A stretch of 26,517 bases of DNA from Candidatus Zixiibacteriota bacterium (GTDB lineage: Bacteria > RBG-13-66-14 > B26-G2 > WVWN01). Both the position numbers and the translations under genes were made by a program. This document shows, piece by piece, positions 1-8,729 of this stretch. The number at the start of each line of letters is the position of its first letter. The stretch's first letter is position 1. The stretch covers positions 1-26,517 of the forward strand of contig JASFLY010000036.1 in assembly GCA_050117845.1 (NCBI GenBank), given 5' to 3'. The notes below the pieces were generated by a model. That model saw only the letters and a program-made list of their open reading frames with translations, ran no database searches and was not told the DNA's origin.

Positions 1-471
1 TAGCACCATGAAGAATTTGTCTTGCGGTCTTATAAACTCCTCGCCTGGCGCTTCCCCAGTCAGGGCGTCGTACATTTGATGGTCTTCCTTGCCCCAATAG
101 AAAGCCCCCATGTCAGTGGAATCTCCTTCGAAGGGGTCTTGCGGTTCCACCTCGTCAGGCATATTAATCATCTGTCGCGTTATATACCCAACGGCGAGGT
201 CGAACCCCAACCCTACCCACGAGGACTCCTGGTCAACGCCGATATTCCCGGAATACGTAAGTGCTAAATCGACGTCCATTCCGTTACGGCCCGGTACGGT
301 CATTACCGTCTCGGACCAGTTAAACTCCCCCGTATATCCCACGGTCGCGCTACGACCCGCTATCGGGAACGACGCGACCGAAGGGTCAACGTGCGAAACC
401 CACGCGTCGGCGACGAGGGCGCAACTCAAGACGGCCGTAAGAACCGAGTAGTATATAAACCTTTTATTCAA
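1..471 (-). CDS. Partial (N-terminal 157 aa) secreted RHS/YD-repeat-type protein with SpvB/TcaC-like N-terminal domain; runs off the left edge
   Basis: Manual translation from TTG at 471 is open to position 1: MNKRFIYYSVLTAVLSCALVADA|WVSHVDPS...TGEFNWSETVMTVPGRNGMDVDLALTYSGNIGVDQESSWVGLGFDLAVGYITRQMINMPDE. It has a Sec-type signal peptide (AxA site) and the TG-x-F...VPGxNG...LxY...SWVGLG(W/F)xL..GxIxR...PD pattern typical of the N-terminus of RHS/Tc-B-like shell proteins. It starts 9 nt after the upstream gene's stop. It is absent from the ORF track, presumably because no stop lies in the window. Confidence 0.75.
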   Translation of the reverse strand, partial: MNKRFIYYSVLTAVLSCALVADAWVSHVDPSVASFPIAGRSATVGYTGEFNWSETVMTVPGRNGMDVDLALTYSGNIGVDQESSWVGLGFDLAVGYITRQMINMPDEVEPQDPFEGDSTDMGAFYWGKEDHQMYDALTGEAPGEEFIRPQDKFFMVL

Positions 472-480
472 TTCCCGGTA

Positions 481-1605
481 TTAATAAGGATAAGGATCAC
501 GTTTAACACGTAACCGAAATTCAGAATTCCTTTCGCGAATAGTAGTTACGTCGCGCACGGCGTACTCCCCGTTTCTCATAATCCTACACAACTCGTACAC
601 GGGCGGCCGTTGATAATGCGCAAACCATACTGAACCGTCAAAATCGTTTATCGTAGCGTCCTTTATAAACTTCGTCGGTTCCGATTGCCACAAAGTTCCC
701 CCCGCCTTGCCGTATAGACGTAATCCCCTATCGTCCCCGACGTTCATCCCTACAAGGATATCGCCGTTCTCGCGGTTTACGTCGTAGAAAACGATTAGAC
801 CGCCGTATATCTCCCTGACGCGCTTAGCGTCTTTATCGATCTTCAAAATATACGGCATGGTAAGGCCCCCCTTCATCCCTCTTACCCATACGCCGCCGTC
901 GGTTTGGTCTACTTCGAGGGAACAGAACCCGTCGCACTTGTAATTCAGGTCATCGCCCGTTTTCGCGAAAAGGACCTCGCCTTGTTCGTCCAGTTTGTAC
1001 AACTTATACTTGGACAAAAACCAAAGCGTTCCTGAGGCTTCGTGAACGTCCATATCCTCGAACCTTGTTATCTGTTCAGGAAGTGTGACGTCTTTCACGT
1101 GTTTACCGTCGAAATCGAACTGGGCCAATCTATTGTCGTATACTTCCGGGTAATAACACACCCAAGTAATGCCGCGGCGCGTATCGAAAATGACCGGTTC
1201 TAGCGGCCTCACCCCGGATAATTCAGCCTTTTTTTTAAGATTACCGTCGGGGTCGTAAATACTAAGTCCTTCCGCCGAGGCCCAAATTTCCCCCGTAGAA
1301 GGGTTAATGCCTAAAGCTACCGCGCGGGGCATTTGTTCTACCGTAAATATATTGTTCCCGTTCCGGTCGTACTTCGACCAGTAAGCCACACTGGTTACCC
1401 ACAAAGGATATGGTTCGTTCGGATTAGGTTGCCCCACCGGGCCGCCGACGTATTCGTCGTCCCCGCACGCGAATGGCAACAGCGCCGCGACAACAAAAAC
1501 TCCCACGCCGGCCCTCACGGCCAACCTGGGTAATAGCCGAACCGCGGCCCGACCTATGCCGGGTCGCCCGGAAGCCCCCCGCTCCCTTTTTATCCTCTCA
1601 CGCAA
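481..1605 (-). CDS. Putative lipoprotein with beta-propeller-like (NHL/YVTN-like) repeats
   Basis: 374-aa ORF. A basic N-terminus and hydrophobic stretch end in the lipobox-like LLPFAC. Repeated blade-like units follow (INPSTGEIW, FDTRRGITW, VHEASGTLW, VDQTDGGVW, VNRENGDIL, INDFDGSVW). GAGAGGG RBS lies upstream of the TTG. The exact start is uncertain. Confidence 0.75.
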   Translation of the reverse strand: MRERIKRERGASGRPGIGRAAVRLLPRLAVRAGVGVFVVAALLPFACGDDEYVGGPVGQPNPNEPYPLWVTSVAYWSKYDRNGNNIFTVEQMPRAVALGINPSTGEIWASAEGLSIYDPDGNLKKKAELSGVRPLEPVIFDTRRGITWVCYYPEVYDNRLAQFDFDGKHVKDVTLPEQITRFEDMDVHEASGTLWFLSKYKLYKLDEQGEVLFAKTGDDLNYKCDGFCSLEVDQTDGGVWVRGMKGGLTMPYILKIDKDAKRVREIYGGLIVFYDVNRENGDILVGMNVGDDRGLRLYGKAGGTLWQSEPTKFIKDATINDFDGSVWFAHYQRPPVYELCRIMRNGEYAVRDVTTIRERNSEFRLRVKRDPYPY

Positions 1606-1654
1606 ACAATCCCTCTCGTGGAATACGCCTAACTCAGACCCTCTCGTACATGTA

Positions 1655-1684
1655 TATTTAAATCTATATCGGCTTACATGTCAA
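1655..1684 (-). promoter_or_regulatory. Putative sigma70 promoter for the lipoprotein/RHS genes
   Basis: Perfect TTGACA (1684-1679) with TTAAAT/TAAATA at 17/18-nt spacing; overlapped by an ACATGTA...TACATGT inverted repeat. Confidence 0.5.
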
Positions 1685-1866
1685 GGAAAAAATACTCCTT
1701 GCCGCATGAAAATTGGCTCATTCGCGCCGTAACTTATTAATTAATCTGAATGTACGCAATTTTGTGTCGTTCGATTAACAATGTCCGAATAATGCTATAT
1801 TAGCTCTTTCGGCGTCGCTTGGCGGCCGTTAATACCAAATAGCCAACGCTTAGGTGTAGCTTTATT

Positions 1867-4836
1867 TTAAATCCCCTGCTTGTTATCGTCGTCGTCTTGC
1901 TCCTGCCGCCCCGCCCGCTTTAAATACCTCTCGAACAACCAATCGAACAGGACCCTGGCGAAGTCCTTATCGTCGTTCACGAGCTTGTAGAGTTTATAAT
2001 TAGTATCGACCATATCCTGTAACTTGTCGTTCGCGACGTGGTCGAAGGTGAGGCGGGCATTCTCGGGAACGTTCGCCCGGACGCTTAAAAACAACGCGTC
2101 GTCGCCGTTCAACCTCTCCTCGAGTTGCTCGATGAAAACCTTGTCCTCCTCCGAGAAGTCGGTCCCGAAGCGTTCGTTCAATTCCTTTATTATCGCCGAC
2201 AACGTTTCTATCTCGTCGGGCGTTATCGGCCCCTTATCCTTCGGCTTCATCGGCTCGAGTTCGCCCCGGCCGCGGGCCGGCGTTATCTTCCCCTCGCCCG
2301 TCTTCTGCACGCGCAACGACTCGAGGTCAATTTGCTCCTGGATCTCGCGGGGCAACCTTTCCACGGATACCGGCAGCCGCCGCCACAGCAACCGGCCGAA
2401 CGCGTAGAGTTTCTCCAAATCGGCGTCGGCGAACGGCAACACGTGCGAGAGGAACCCGTACAGCCGCACGAAATCGCTCAAGGCGCCGCGGAACTCTTTC
2501 TGGTCTTCCTCGGCGGCATCAACGTAACGGTCGATGACGGGAGCCAGGGCCGAGTACAACTTCGCCTCGTTCGGCTTCGGCACGAAGTACTCCCGGGCGA
2601 AGCGGTCCACGTCGTCGTCGCCGTACAAATGGTAACTCTCCATTTTAGTTTGGCGGTCGTATAGCAGGTTCGGGTCCGTTCCCTCCGTCAACAACGTGCG
2701 GTCGTAATAGGGCTTGAACGCCTCCGTTACGTCCTCGGCCTCATTCGCGAAATCGAGGACCATCGTCTCGTCTTTATTGGGAAGGTTACGATTCAGCCTC
2801 GACAACGTTTGGACGGCGCGGACGCCGCCGAGCTTCTGGTCCACGTACATCGTATGTAAAAGCGGCTGGTCGAATCCCGTTTGGAACTTGAAGGCCGCGA
2901 CGAGTATCCGGTTTTCGTCCCGCTTGAACGCGTCCGCGGTTTGCGTATCCGGGAAGCCGTTCATCCCGGCCTCGGTGAAGCCGAGGCCGCCGTCCTTCAC
3001 GGTGCCGGAGAACGCCACTAACGCCTTGAAGTTGTGGCCGCGTTCCTTGAGGTAGCGGTCTACCGCGACCTTGTACCTTACGGCGTGGAGGCGGGACCGG
3101 GTAATGATCATCGCCTTCGCCCGGCCGCCGATGCGGTGCATAACGTGGCCGGCGAAGTGTTCGATTATTATCGCGACCTTCTTATTAATGGAGTGTTCGT
3201 GCAGGTCCACGAAGGACTTCAACAGGTAGTTCGCCTTCCCCCGCTCGTACTTCGGGTCGCCCGCCACCTTCTTCAACAGGTTCCAGTAGGTTTTGTAAGT
3301 CGTGTAGTTTTCCAGGACGTCCAGGATAAAACCTTCCTCGATGGCCTGCCGCATCGAGTACAGGCTGAACGGGACGTACGTCCCGTCCTCCTGCTTCTCG
3401 CCGAAGAGTTCCATCGTCCTGGGTTTCGGCGTCGCGGTGAACGCGAAGTAACTCGCGTTCGCCAGCGGCCCCCGCGACCGGGCCACGGCGACAACTCGGT
3501 CCTCGACGTCGTCGCCGGTCTCGACGTCCTCCCGCTCGGCCTCCTCCAAACCCTCGACGGCCAGGACCTCCTTGACCGTCCGGGCGCTCTCCCCCGTTTG
3601 CGAGGAGTGGGCCTCGTCCACGATTATCGCGAAGCGTTGGCCGGGGAGTCGGCCGACGTCGTCCACGATGTAGGGGAACTTCTGTAGCGTCGTGACGACG
3701 ATGGTCTTGCCCTCCTTCAACGCCTCGCCGAGTTGTTTCGATTTCTTGTCGATGTTCTCGACGACGCCGGCGACCTGCTCGAAGTTCTTGGCGTGCCGCT
3801 GGAGCTGGCGATCGAGGACGCGCCGGTCCGTAATGACGATAATCGAATCGAAGACGCGCCGGTCGTCGTCATCGTGCAGGACCGAGAGTTGATGCGCGAG
3901 CCAGGATATGGAGTAACTCTTTCCCGAGCCGGCGCTATGCTGGATGAGGTAGCTCCGCCCCGGCCCCTTCTCCCGGGCGTCGCGGACCAGCCCCCGCACG
4001 CACTCGAGCTGGTGGCAGCGCGGGAAGATCAAGCTGCGCTCGCCCGTCTTGCGGCCGCGGTCGTCCTCCTCCTCGACGACGTGGATGAAGTGCTGCAACA
4101 GGCCCAGGACGCTGTCCTTCGCCCACACCTCCCGCCACAGGTACGACGTCGCGTAATCGAGCGCCGACGGCGGGTTGCCGGCCCCGCCGTTCCGCCCCCG
4201 GTTGAAGGGGAAGAAGCGCGTCTTCTCGCCGCGCAGTTGCGTCGCGAAGTAGACGGAATCCGGGTCCACGGCGAAGTGCGCTAGGCACCGGCCGAAGGCG
4301 AAGAGCGGCTCCCGCGGGTCGCGCTCGAGGCGGTACTGGCGGACGGCGTGTTCGACGTTCTGGCCGGTGAAGGGGTTCTTGAGTTCGGCCGTGAAGACGG
4401 GCAGGCCGTTGACGAATATCGCGAGGTCCAGCGTCCCGCCGCCCTTCCCGCCGTAACGGAGCTGGCGGACGACGCGGAAGACGTTGGCGCGGTAGAGGCG
4501 GATTATCTCCTCGTTCAAGCCGGAGGAGGGTTTGAACTGCACGAGGCGGAAGCGGCAGCCGTCGCACTTGACGCCCTTACGGAGAACGTCGAGCGTGCCG
4601 CGGCGCCCGATCTCGTCGGCGAGGCGGTCCAGGAAACGGCCGCGGGCGTCGTCGCCGTGCATCGCGTGGAACTTCTTCCACGCCTTCGGCTGGGCGGCCT
4701 GAACGAACGTCACGACGTCGTCGGGGATGAGACACAGCTCGCGGTCATAGGAGGCGCCGGCGCCGCCCTCGTACCCGGCCTCGAGCAGCGCCCGGGCGAT
4801 GTCGTCCTCGAAGTTCTTTTCGGATATATCGATCAT
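1867..4836 (-). CDS. hsdR: Type I restriction enzyme R (endonuclease/translocase) subunit
   Basis: N-terminal nuclease motif LDLAIFVNGLPVFTAELKNP, Walker A HSAGSGKS, DEAH box (IIVDEAH), FTATP, TGFDQP, QTLSRLNR. Start is ATG at 4836 or TTG at 4842. Confidence 0.97.
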   Translation of the reverse strand: MIDISEKNFEDDIARALLEAGYEGGAGASYDRELCLIPDDVVTFVQAAQPKAWKKFHAMHGDDARGRFLDRLADEIGRRGTLDVLRKGVKCDGCRFRLVQFKPSSGLNEEIIRLYRANVFRVVRQLRYGGKGGGTLDLAIFVNGLPVFTAELKNPFTGQNVEHAVRQYRLERDPREPLFAFGRCLAHFAVDPDSVYFATQLRGEKTRFFPFNRGRNGGAGNPPSALDYATSYLWREVWAKDSVLGLLQHFIHVVEEEDDRGRKTGERSLIFPRCHQLECVRGLVRDAREKGPGRSYLIQHSAGSGKSYSISWLAHQLSVLHDDDDRRVFDSIIVITDRRVLDRQLQRHAKNFEQVAGVVENIDKKSKQLGEALKEGKTIVVTTLQKFPYIVDDVGRLPGQRFAIIVDEAHSSQTGESARTVKEVLAVEGLEEAEREDVETGDDVEDRVVAVARSRGPLANASYFAFTATPKPRTMELFGEKQEDGTYVPFSLYSMRQAIEEGFILDVLENYTTYKTYWNLLKKVAGDPKYERGKANYLLKSFVDLHEHSINKKVAIIIEHFAGHVMHRIGGRAKAMIITRSRLHAVRYKVAVDRYLKERGHNFKALVAFSGTVKDGGLGFTEAGMNGFPDTQTADAFKRDENRILVAAFKFQTGFDQPLLHTMYVDQKLGGVRAVQTLSRLNRNLPNKDETMVLDFANEAEDVTEAFKPYYDRTLLTEGTDPNLLYDRQTKMESYHLYGDDDVDRFAREYFVPKPNEAKLYSALAPVIDRYVDAAEEDQKEFRGALSDFVRLYGFLSHVLPFADADLEKLYAFGRLLWRRLPVSVERLPREIQEQIDLESLRVQKTGEGKITPARGRGELEPMKPKDKGPITPDEIETLSAIIKELNERFGTDFSEEDKVFIEQLEERLNGDDALFLSVRANVPENARLTFDHVANDKLQDMVDTNYKLYKLVNDDKDFARVLFDWLFERYLKRAGRQEQDDDDNKQGI

Positions 4837-4863
4837 AGGCAATTAAATGAAACAAACACAGGG

Positions 4864-5778
4864 TTATTTCCGACGACTACGGCTTTTCGCTTCGTAACGT
4901 TCTGGGGCTCCGTCGATTAATTCTACGCGGTATAGACGTCTATCTAGAAGCTCTAAAAACGCTTTTTCAAACCCGGCGGCCGGCCTAATGAGCCCGGCGT
5001 TATTTTCCAATTCTACTCCGTTTTCCTTACAAACTCTTTCCAAACACGTTTGAGAAATCAAGTTTAAATCCGCTTGCTTGGATATAGACGCGATTAAACG
5101 TGCCGCCCGCTTATGGCACGCTACGTATTCAGAAATAGCGGACGTATCCAAAAAGCTTATTGATGTTTGCAGATTAACCGCTCTCTCCCCTGCTCGGGAT
5201 AATATGACCTCGTCCATTTCTGCGGTATACTCAAAACCGCTTGGGCGCAATATGTATACGTTCGCGTCGAGGACGATCCAATCGAAATCTATGTCGAGGC
5301 GGAAAAAGGGTTTGTCGACGATTTTAAGCGTATCATCCACCAAACTAATAATCCGGTTACGCGCTCTTAATATGCCTTTAAACTGAGTTGCGCGTCTAAC
5401 CGCTAGAACCTTGTTATTCGCACCATCCAAGTAAACGAAAAAATAATAAACAATCGAGTCGGGTTCAGCTATTACGGTCGCGTCAACCTGGATATTTTCT
5501 GCCGAATATATAGCTCTAACTTTCTCGCATAATTCATCTTCAAAAGGTAGTACAAGCGTCTCTTCCGGTCCGTATAGCTGCGAAGGTTCGTAACGTTCTA
5601 AGGTTGACTTACCGGCGGACGCGTTTATTTTCGCAAGAGTTGCATCAAGCATCGAACGAGCGGCGCGTCTAACAGCGTTATCGGTCGGTATCAAAGCGTA
5701 TTGTTCAGAACCGTCTTCGTCGAACGCAACACCGAATTCGACACCTTGAATATCGTTAAACTGGAAAGACGTAGGCAT
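4864..5778 (-). CDS. kwaB: Kiwa anti-phage protein KwaB (DUF4868-like)
   Basis: 304-aa soluble protein directly after a KwaA-like membrane gene. Segments such as VRRATQFKGIL, LVDDTLKIVDKPFFRLDIDFD, ILRPSGFE and FLELLDRRLY match the KwaB pattern as I recall it. Confidence 0.8.
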   Translation of the reverse strand: MPTSFQFNDIQGVEFGVAFDEDGSEQYALIPTDNAVRRAARSMLDATLAKINASAGKSTLERYEPSQLYGPEETLVLPFEDELCEKVRAIYSAENIQVDATVIAEPDSIVYYFFVYLDGANNKVLAVRRATQFKGILRARNRIISLVDDTLKIVDKPFFRLDIDFDWIVLDANVYILRPSGFEYTAEMDEVILSRAGERAVNLQTSISFLDTSAISEYVACHKRAARLIASISKQADLNLISQTCLERVCKENGVELENNAGLIRPAAGFEKAFLELLDRRLYRVELIDGAPERYEAKSRSRRK

Positions 5779-5789
5779 AACGTAACCCC

Positions 5790-6344
5790 CTATTCGAGAT
5801 AAACCGTATTGCTTATTCTCAGCGCGTTTAGTTTCTCGCCTTCTTTAAGCGTCGCCCTTTTAGTTAGTAATATGAAATCGTCCTTATCGCCACGGACATC
5901 CGAACTATCAGTGGCGTGTACCGTGAAAACACGATACCCCAGGAATGCGAAAAACACGTTCATATAATGCAAGTTCAGATGGTAGAAGAGTAATATTATT
6001 AGAATAACCGCAACGATTGCTGCCGCTAAATCCCGCCCGGTCGTTATGTTAGTCGAATAAAGAGGAAGTAACATAGCAAACAAATACACGATTAACGACC
6101 CCCGGTTATCCTCTGCTTTGTGGATAACTTTAACAAATCTATCCCCCTGCCGCTTCGCCGTTAACCAACGCCAAATTAAAACCGTATTTGGGATTATGAT
6201 CAGGATAACGCAACCGGCTATAAAAAAGCTATTCGGTACTACGCTACACCCGCGTATTGCCCAAAGGACGAATAACGGCGTAAAACTACTTAAAACCATC
6301 ATTATCCTAACGAATGGCAACCCTTCTCTTGCTTTTTTATTCAT
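5790..6344 (-). CDS. kwaA: Kiwa anti-phage membrane protein KwaA
   Basis: 184 aa with about 4 hydrophobic helices (MVLSSFTPLFVLWAIRG; LIVYLFAMLLP; LNLHYMNVFFAFLGYRVF). The start overlaps the hsdS stop by 8 nt (ATGAATAA). Confidence 0.8.
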   Translation of the reverse strand: MNKKAREGLPFVRIMMVLSSFTPLFVLWAIRGCSVVPNSFFIAGCVILIIIPNTVLIWRWLTAKRQGDRFVKVIHKAEDNRGSLIVYLFAMLLPLYSTNITTGRDLAAAIVAVILIILLFYHLNLHYMNVFFAFLGYRVFTVHATDSSDVRGDKDDFILLTKRATLKEGEKLNALRISNTVYLE

Positions 6345-7689
6345 ACGAAGTAACCTCCTCCCGCACGTCTATTTTCCCGGTTACGGCGGCGGAGATGAGC
6401 GCCGTCCGGTATTCCTTGAGTTTCTCGATGCCCTCGCGGACCTTCGCGACGAGGGCGTCGATCTTCGCCGTCTCGCGGTCGAGGAAGGCCGCGATGGCGG
6501 ATTGTTCATCGACCGGCGGAACCATCACTGCTAGATCCCGCAATTCGGTTTGATTAAAAGTCGTATTAACTCGGAATTTCGACGAAGAGAAAAATCCGGT
6601 ACTTCTCAAATTATTTAAAAAATACCTAAAATACCGCGAATCATGCTCATTTGAATTAAATCTCAATCTTAATAAGAAAGAAACGTGAGTGTATTCGCCA
6701 TCTTGGTCGAAATAAGCCGTCTTTCCTACGTGTTCAGGGCTACCACTCCTCCAGTTAAATAGTAAGTCACCTTTTTTAAGCAGTAGAGTTTCCTTTTCTT
6801 CATCGGATAAACGGGTTTTAGGGACTTCGCTTAAATTTAAAATACCTTCTAACGTCACGTTAGGTAATGATAAAATATAAGTCCCTTCTGTTTCAGTCCT
6901 ATCTAATTCAAGACCTAATCCGTAACTAATAATCGATAACCGCTTTAAAGGTAACACCTCCCACCCCTTCGGAATCTCGCCGAGCCAATCCACACCGGAG
7001 GGCTTGAGGGGAGCGTCCGGGTCGAGGCCGCGGGTGACGGCGCGGGAGATGAGGGCCGCCCGCCTCTCCTCCAACAACTCGATCAGGCGCTCCTTCTTCG
7101 CGACCAGCGCGTCTATCTTCGCCGTCTCCCGCTCGAGGAAGGCCGCGATGGCGGTTTGTTCTTCAATCGGCGGAAAAAGGGTCAATAACGAACTCACTTC
7201 ATCCGCTGAAACCGCTTCGTAAGTAGAACCGGTTGCTTGACTAAAAAGCTCCTCCTTTATTATATGGATTAAATACCACAAGAAAGAACGAGATAAAGCG
7301 CCCGGTTTAACGATAACGCCGCATAACCCACGGCCTATACCGTAATTTTGATCTGCGATATTCAAAGCCCCGACTGGGGCGCGGACAGATAGTAATAACG
7401 CGCCTTTAGGGGCAATTTTAACTGCCGCATCACAAAACTTTTGCGCAATCGGGTGTTTTTCCGAGAATTCGGCGTTTCCCTGTAGAAAAGGTAAGATCGC
7501 GTTCTCGTTATCATAAGTATCGGAACTAGGGGATTGGCCCATTAAGATATTCGTGCCGTATTTAAGCTTCTTTACGTCCCAATGCTCCGGAATCTCGCCA
7601 AGCCAGTCCACGCCGGAGGGCTTGTAGGCCGGGTAGGGGCGGAAGCGGCGGGGGGCCGCCGGTGTATCGTCGTCGCGTCGTTCGCTCAC
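6337..7689 (-). CDS. hsdS: Type I restriction-modification specificity (S) subunit with two TRDs
   Basis: Duplicated conserved blocks (KPSGVDWLGEIP-x-x-W; PP-x-x-EQ-x-AIAAFL-x-RETAKIDALVAK; R-x-ALIS-x-AVT) flank two AT-rich variable target recognition domains. GTG start. Confidence 0.97.
   Translation of the reverse strand: MSERRDDDTPAAPRRFRPYPAYKPSGVDWLGEIPEHWDVKKLKYGTNILMGQSPSSDTYDNENAILPFLQGNAEFSEKHPIAQKFCDAAVKIAPKGALLLSVRAPVGALNIADQNYGIGRGLCGVIVKPGALSRSFLWYLIHIIKEELFSQATGSTYEAVSADEVSSLLTLFPPIEEQTAIAAFLERETAKIDALVAKKERLIELLEERRAALISRAVTRGLDPDAPLKPSGVDWLGEIPKGWEVLPLKRLSIISYGLGLELDRTETEGTYILSLPNVTLEGILNLSEVPKTRLSDEEKETLLLKKGDLLFNWRSGSPEHVGKTAYFDQDGEYTHVSFLLRLRFNSNEHDSRYFRYFLNNLRSTGFFSSSKFRVNTTFNQTELRDLAVMVPPVDEQSAIAAFLDRETAKIDALVAKVREGIEKLKEYRTALISAAVTGKIDVREEVTSYE
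6442..7161. repeat. 66-bp imperfect direct repeat within hsdS (6442-6507 and 7096-7161)
   Basis: cttcgcgac-ag-gcgtc-atcttcgccgtctc-cg-tcgaggaaggccgcgatggcgg-ttgttc is present twice and encodes the conserved region next to each TRD. Confidence 0.9.
6970..7624. repeat. 37-bp imperfect direct repeat within hsdS (6970-7006 and 7588-7624)
   Basis: cggaatctcgcc-agcca-tccac-ccggagggcttg is present twice and encodes KPSGVDWLGEIP before each TRD. Confidence 0.9.
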
Positions 7690-7700
7690 TGAGTAAAAAC

Positions 7701-8729
7701 CTACGTCGGGTTAACGAGTTTGAATTCGACTTCGTATAACATCAAGTACACGCCGTCAACGGCGTTGAGGGCGTATTTGATTTTATCGTCCGCCTCGTGC
7801 GCGATAACGAGGCCCCTGACCTCCTCGCCGGCCGACGCCATTTTCCCCTTAACCCACCCTATGTAACGCAGTACTTGGCCGACGGTAGCGTCGCTGGACT
7901 GACCCCGCTTCAATTCGACGACCAACCATCGCGGTTTCGAACGGTGCCGGGCGAGGATGTCGATTTTACCTATCCCGGTCGGGTATTCGTAACCGGCGTC
8001 ATCCCCTTCCTCACTATATACCTCCCATTCCTTCCCTAGTTCTGTGTTTTCCCAATTATCATATAAGAAATCGTGAAGATGCCGTTCTAACCCGAAGCGT
8101 ACCTCCTCCCCACCAACGGTGCCCGGGCCGTCTAATATTATCCCGGCTTCCTCGTCCATATCCCACCATAGGGTGTCGAGAGCCCATAAATCGATGCCGA
8201 TATCCGCGGCTAACGTGAGTAACACCTCATTAACTCGCGCGTACTTTTCCCCAATCGTCTCGCCGCCTTCGAATTCCGGCCACAATCCCACGTTACGCAA
8301 CCCGTTCTCGGAGGTGCTGTTCCAAACGCCGTATTTTTCGGGATAGGCGACTATTAATATCGCAGTCGCCACGGCCTTGCCCATACCCTTAACGTCGCCG
8401 GTCGCTTTATCCATGCGTTCCTCGATCGGCTTGCTTTCGTCCAATAGGTTCTTTAACGCTTTACGTAGCTTCCGCATATCGGCGCACATCTTCGGCCCGT
8501 GCCGGTGCAAGCCGCTCCAATGGTGATTATTATTTAATATCAAAAACGACCGGAATTCATCCTCGGTAAGTCCGTCGAGGTGATTCAATTCGAAGATCGG
8601 TTGGAACCGGGCGAGAACTGAATCGTGGTACACAATACAGAAATCGAAAGCGTAACTGCCTTCCTTCAACGTCGCGGCGCTACCCCTTAATCGTCCGAGC
8701 GCGTTCTGGTACGCTGCGGATTCGCTCAT
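7701..8729 (-). CDS. PD-(D/E)XK nuclease with C-terminal NucS/EndoMS-like (DUF91-type) domain and an uncharacterised helical N-terminal domain
   Basis: C-terminal LERHLHDFL...GKIDILARH...VVELKRGQSSDATVGQVLRYIGWV is a NucS-like catalytic pattern. The N-terminal part has the HhH-like KGMGKAVATAIL. ATGA overlap with the hsdM stop. Confidence 0.8.
   Translation of the reverse strand: MSESAAYQNALGRLRGSAATLKEGSYAFDFCIVYHDSVLARFQPIFELNHLDGLTEDEFRSFLILNNNHHWSGLHRHGPKMCADMRKLRKALKNLLDESKPIEERMDKATGDVKGMGKAVATAILIVAYPEKYGVWNSTSENGLRNVGLWPEFEGGETIGEKYARVNEVLLTLAADIGIDLWALDTLWWDMDEEAGIILDGPGTVGGEEVRFGLERHLHDFLYDNWENTELGKEWEVYSEEGDDAGYEYPTGIGKIDILARHRSKPRWLVVELKRGQSSDATVGQVLRYIGWVKGKMASAGEEVRGLVIAHEADDKIKYALNAVDGVYLMLYEVEFKLVNPT

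Noticed and set aside
22..451. Plus-strand ORFs 22..267 and 110..451
   Set aside because: They are antisense shadows of the minus-strand RHS-like frame, which has a signal peptide and recognisable motifs.
2024..4920. Multiple long plus-strand and alternate-frame ORFs over hsdR
   Set aside because: Typical shadow ORFs of a high-GC gene, with no motifs or RBS.
6442..7624. hsdS repeats as a CRISPR array or invertible shufflon
   Set aside because: Only two copies of each repeat, coding and in direct orientation, with no recombinase or cas genes. The addB Fe-S nuclease is Cas4-like in fold but fused to a helicase-like body.
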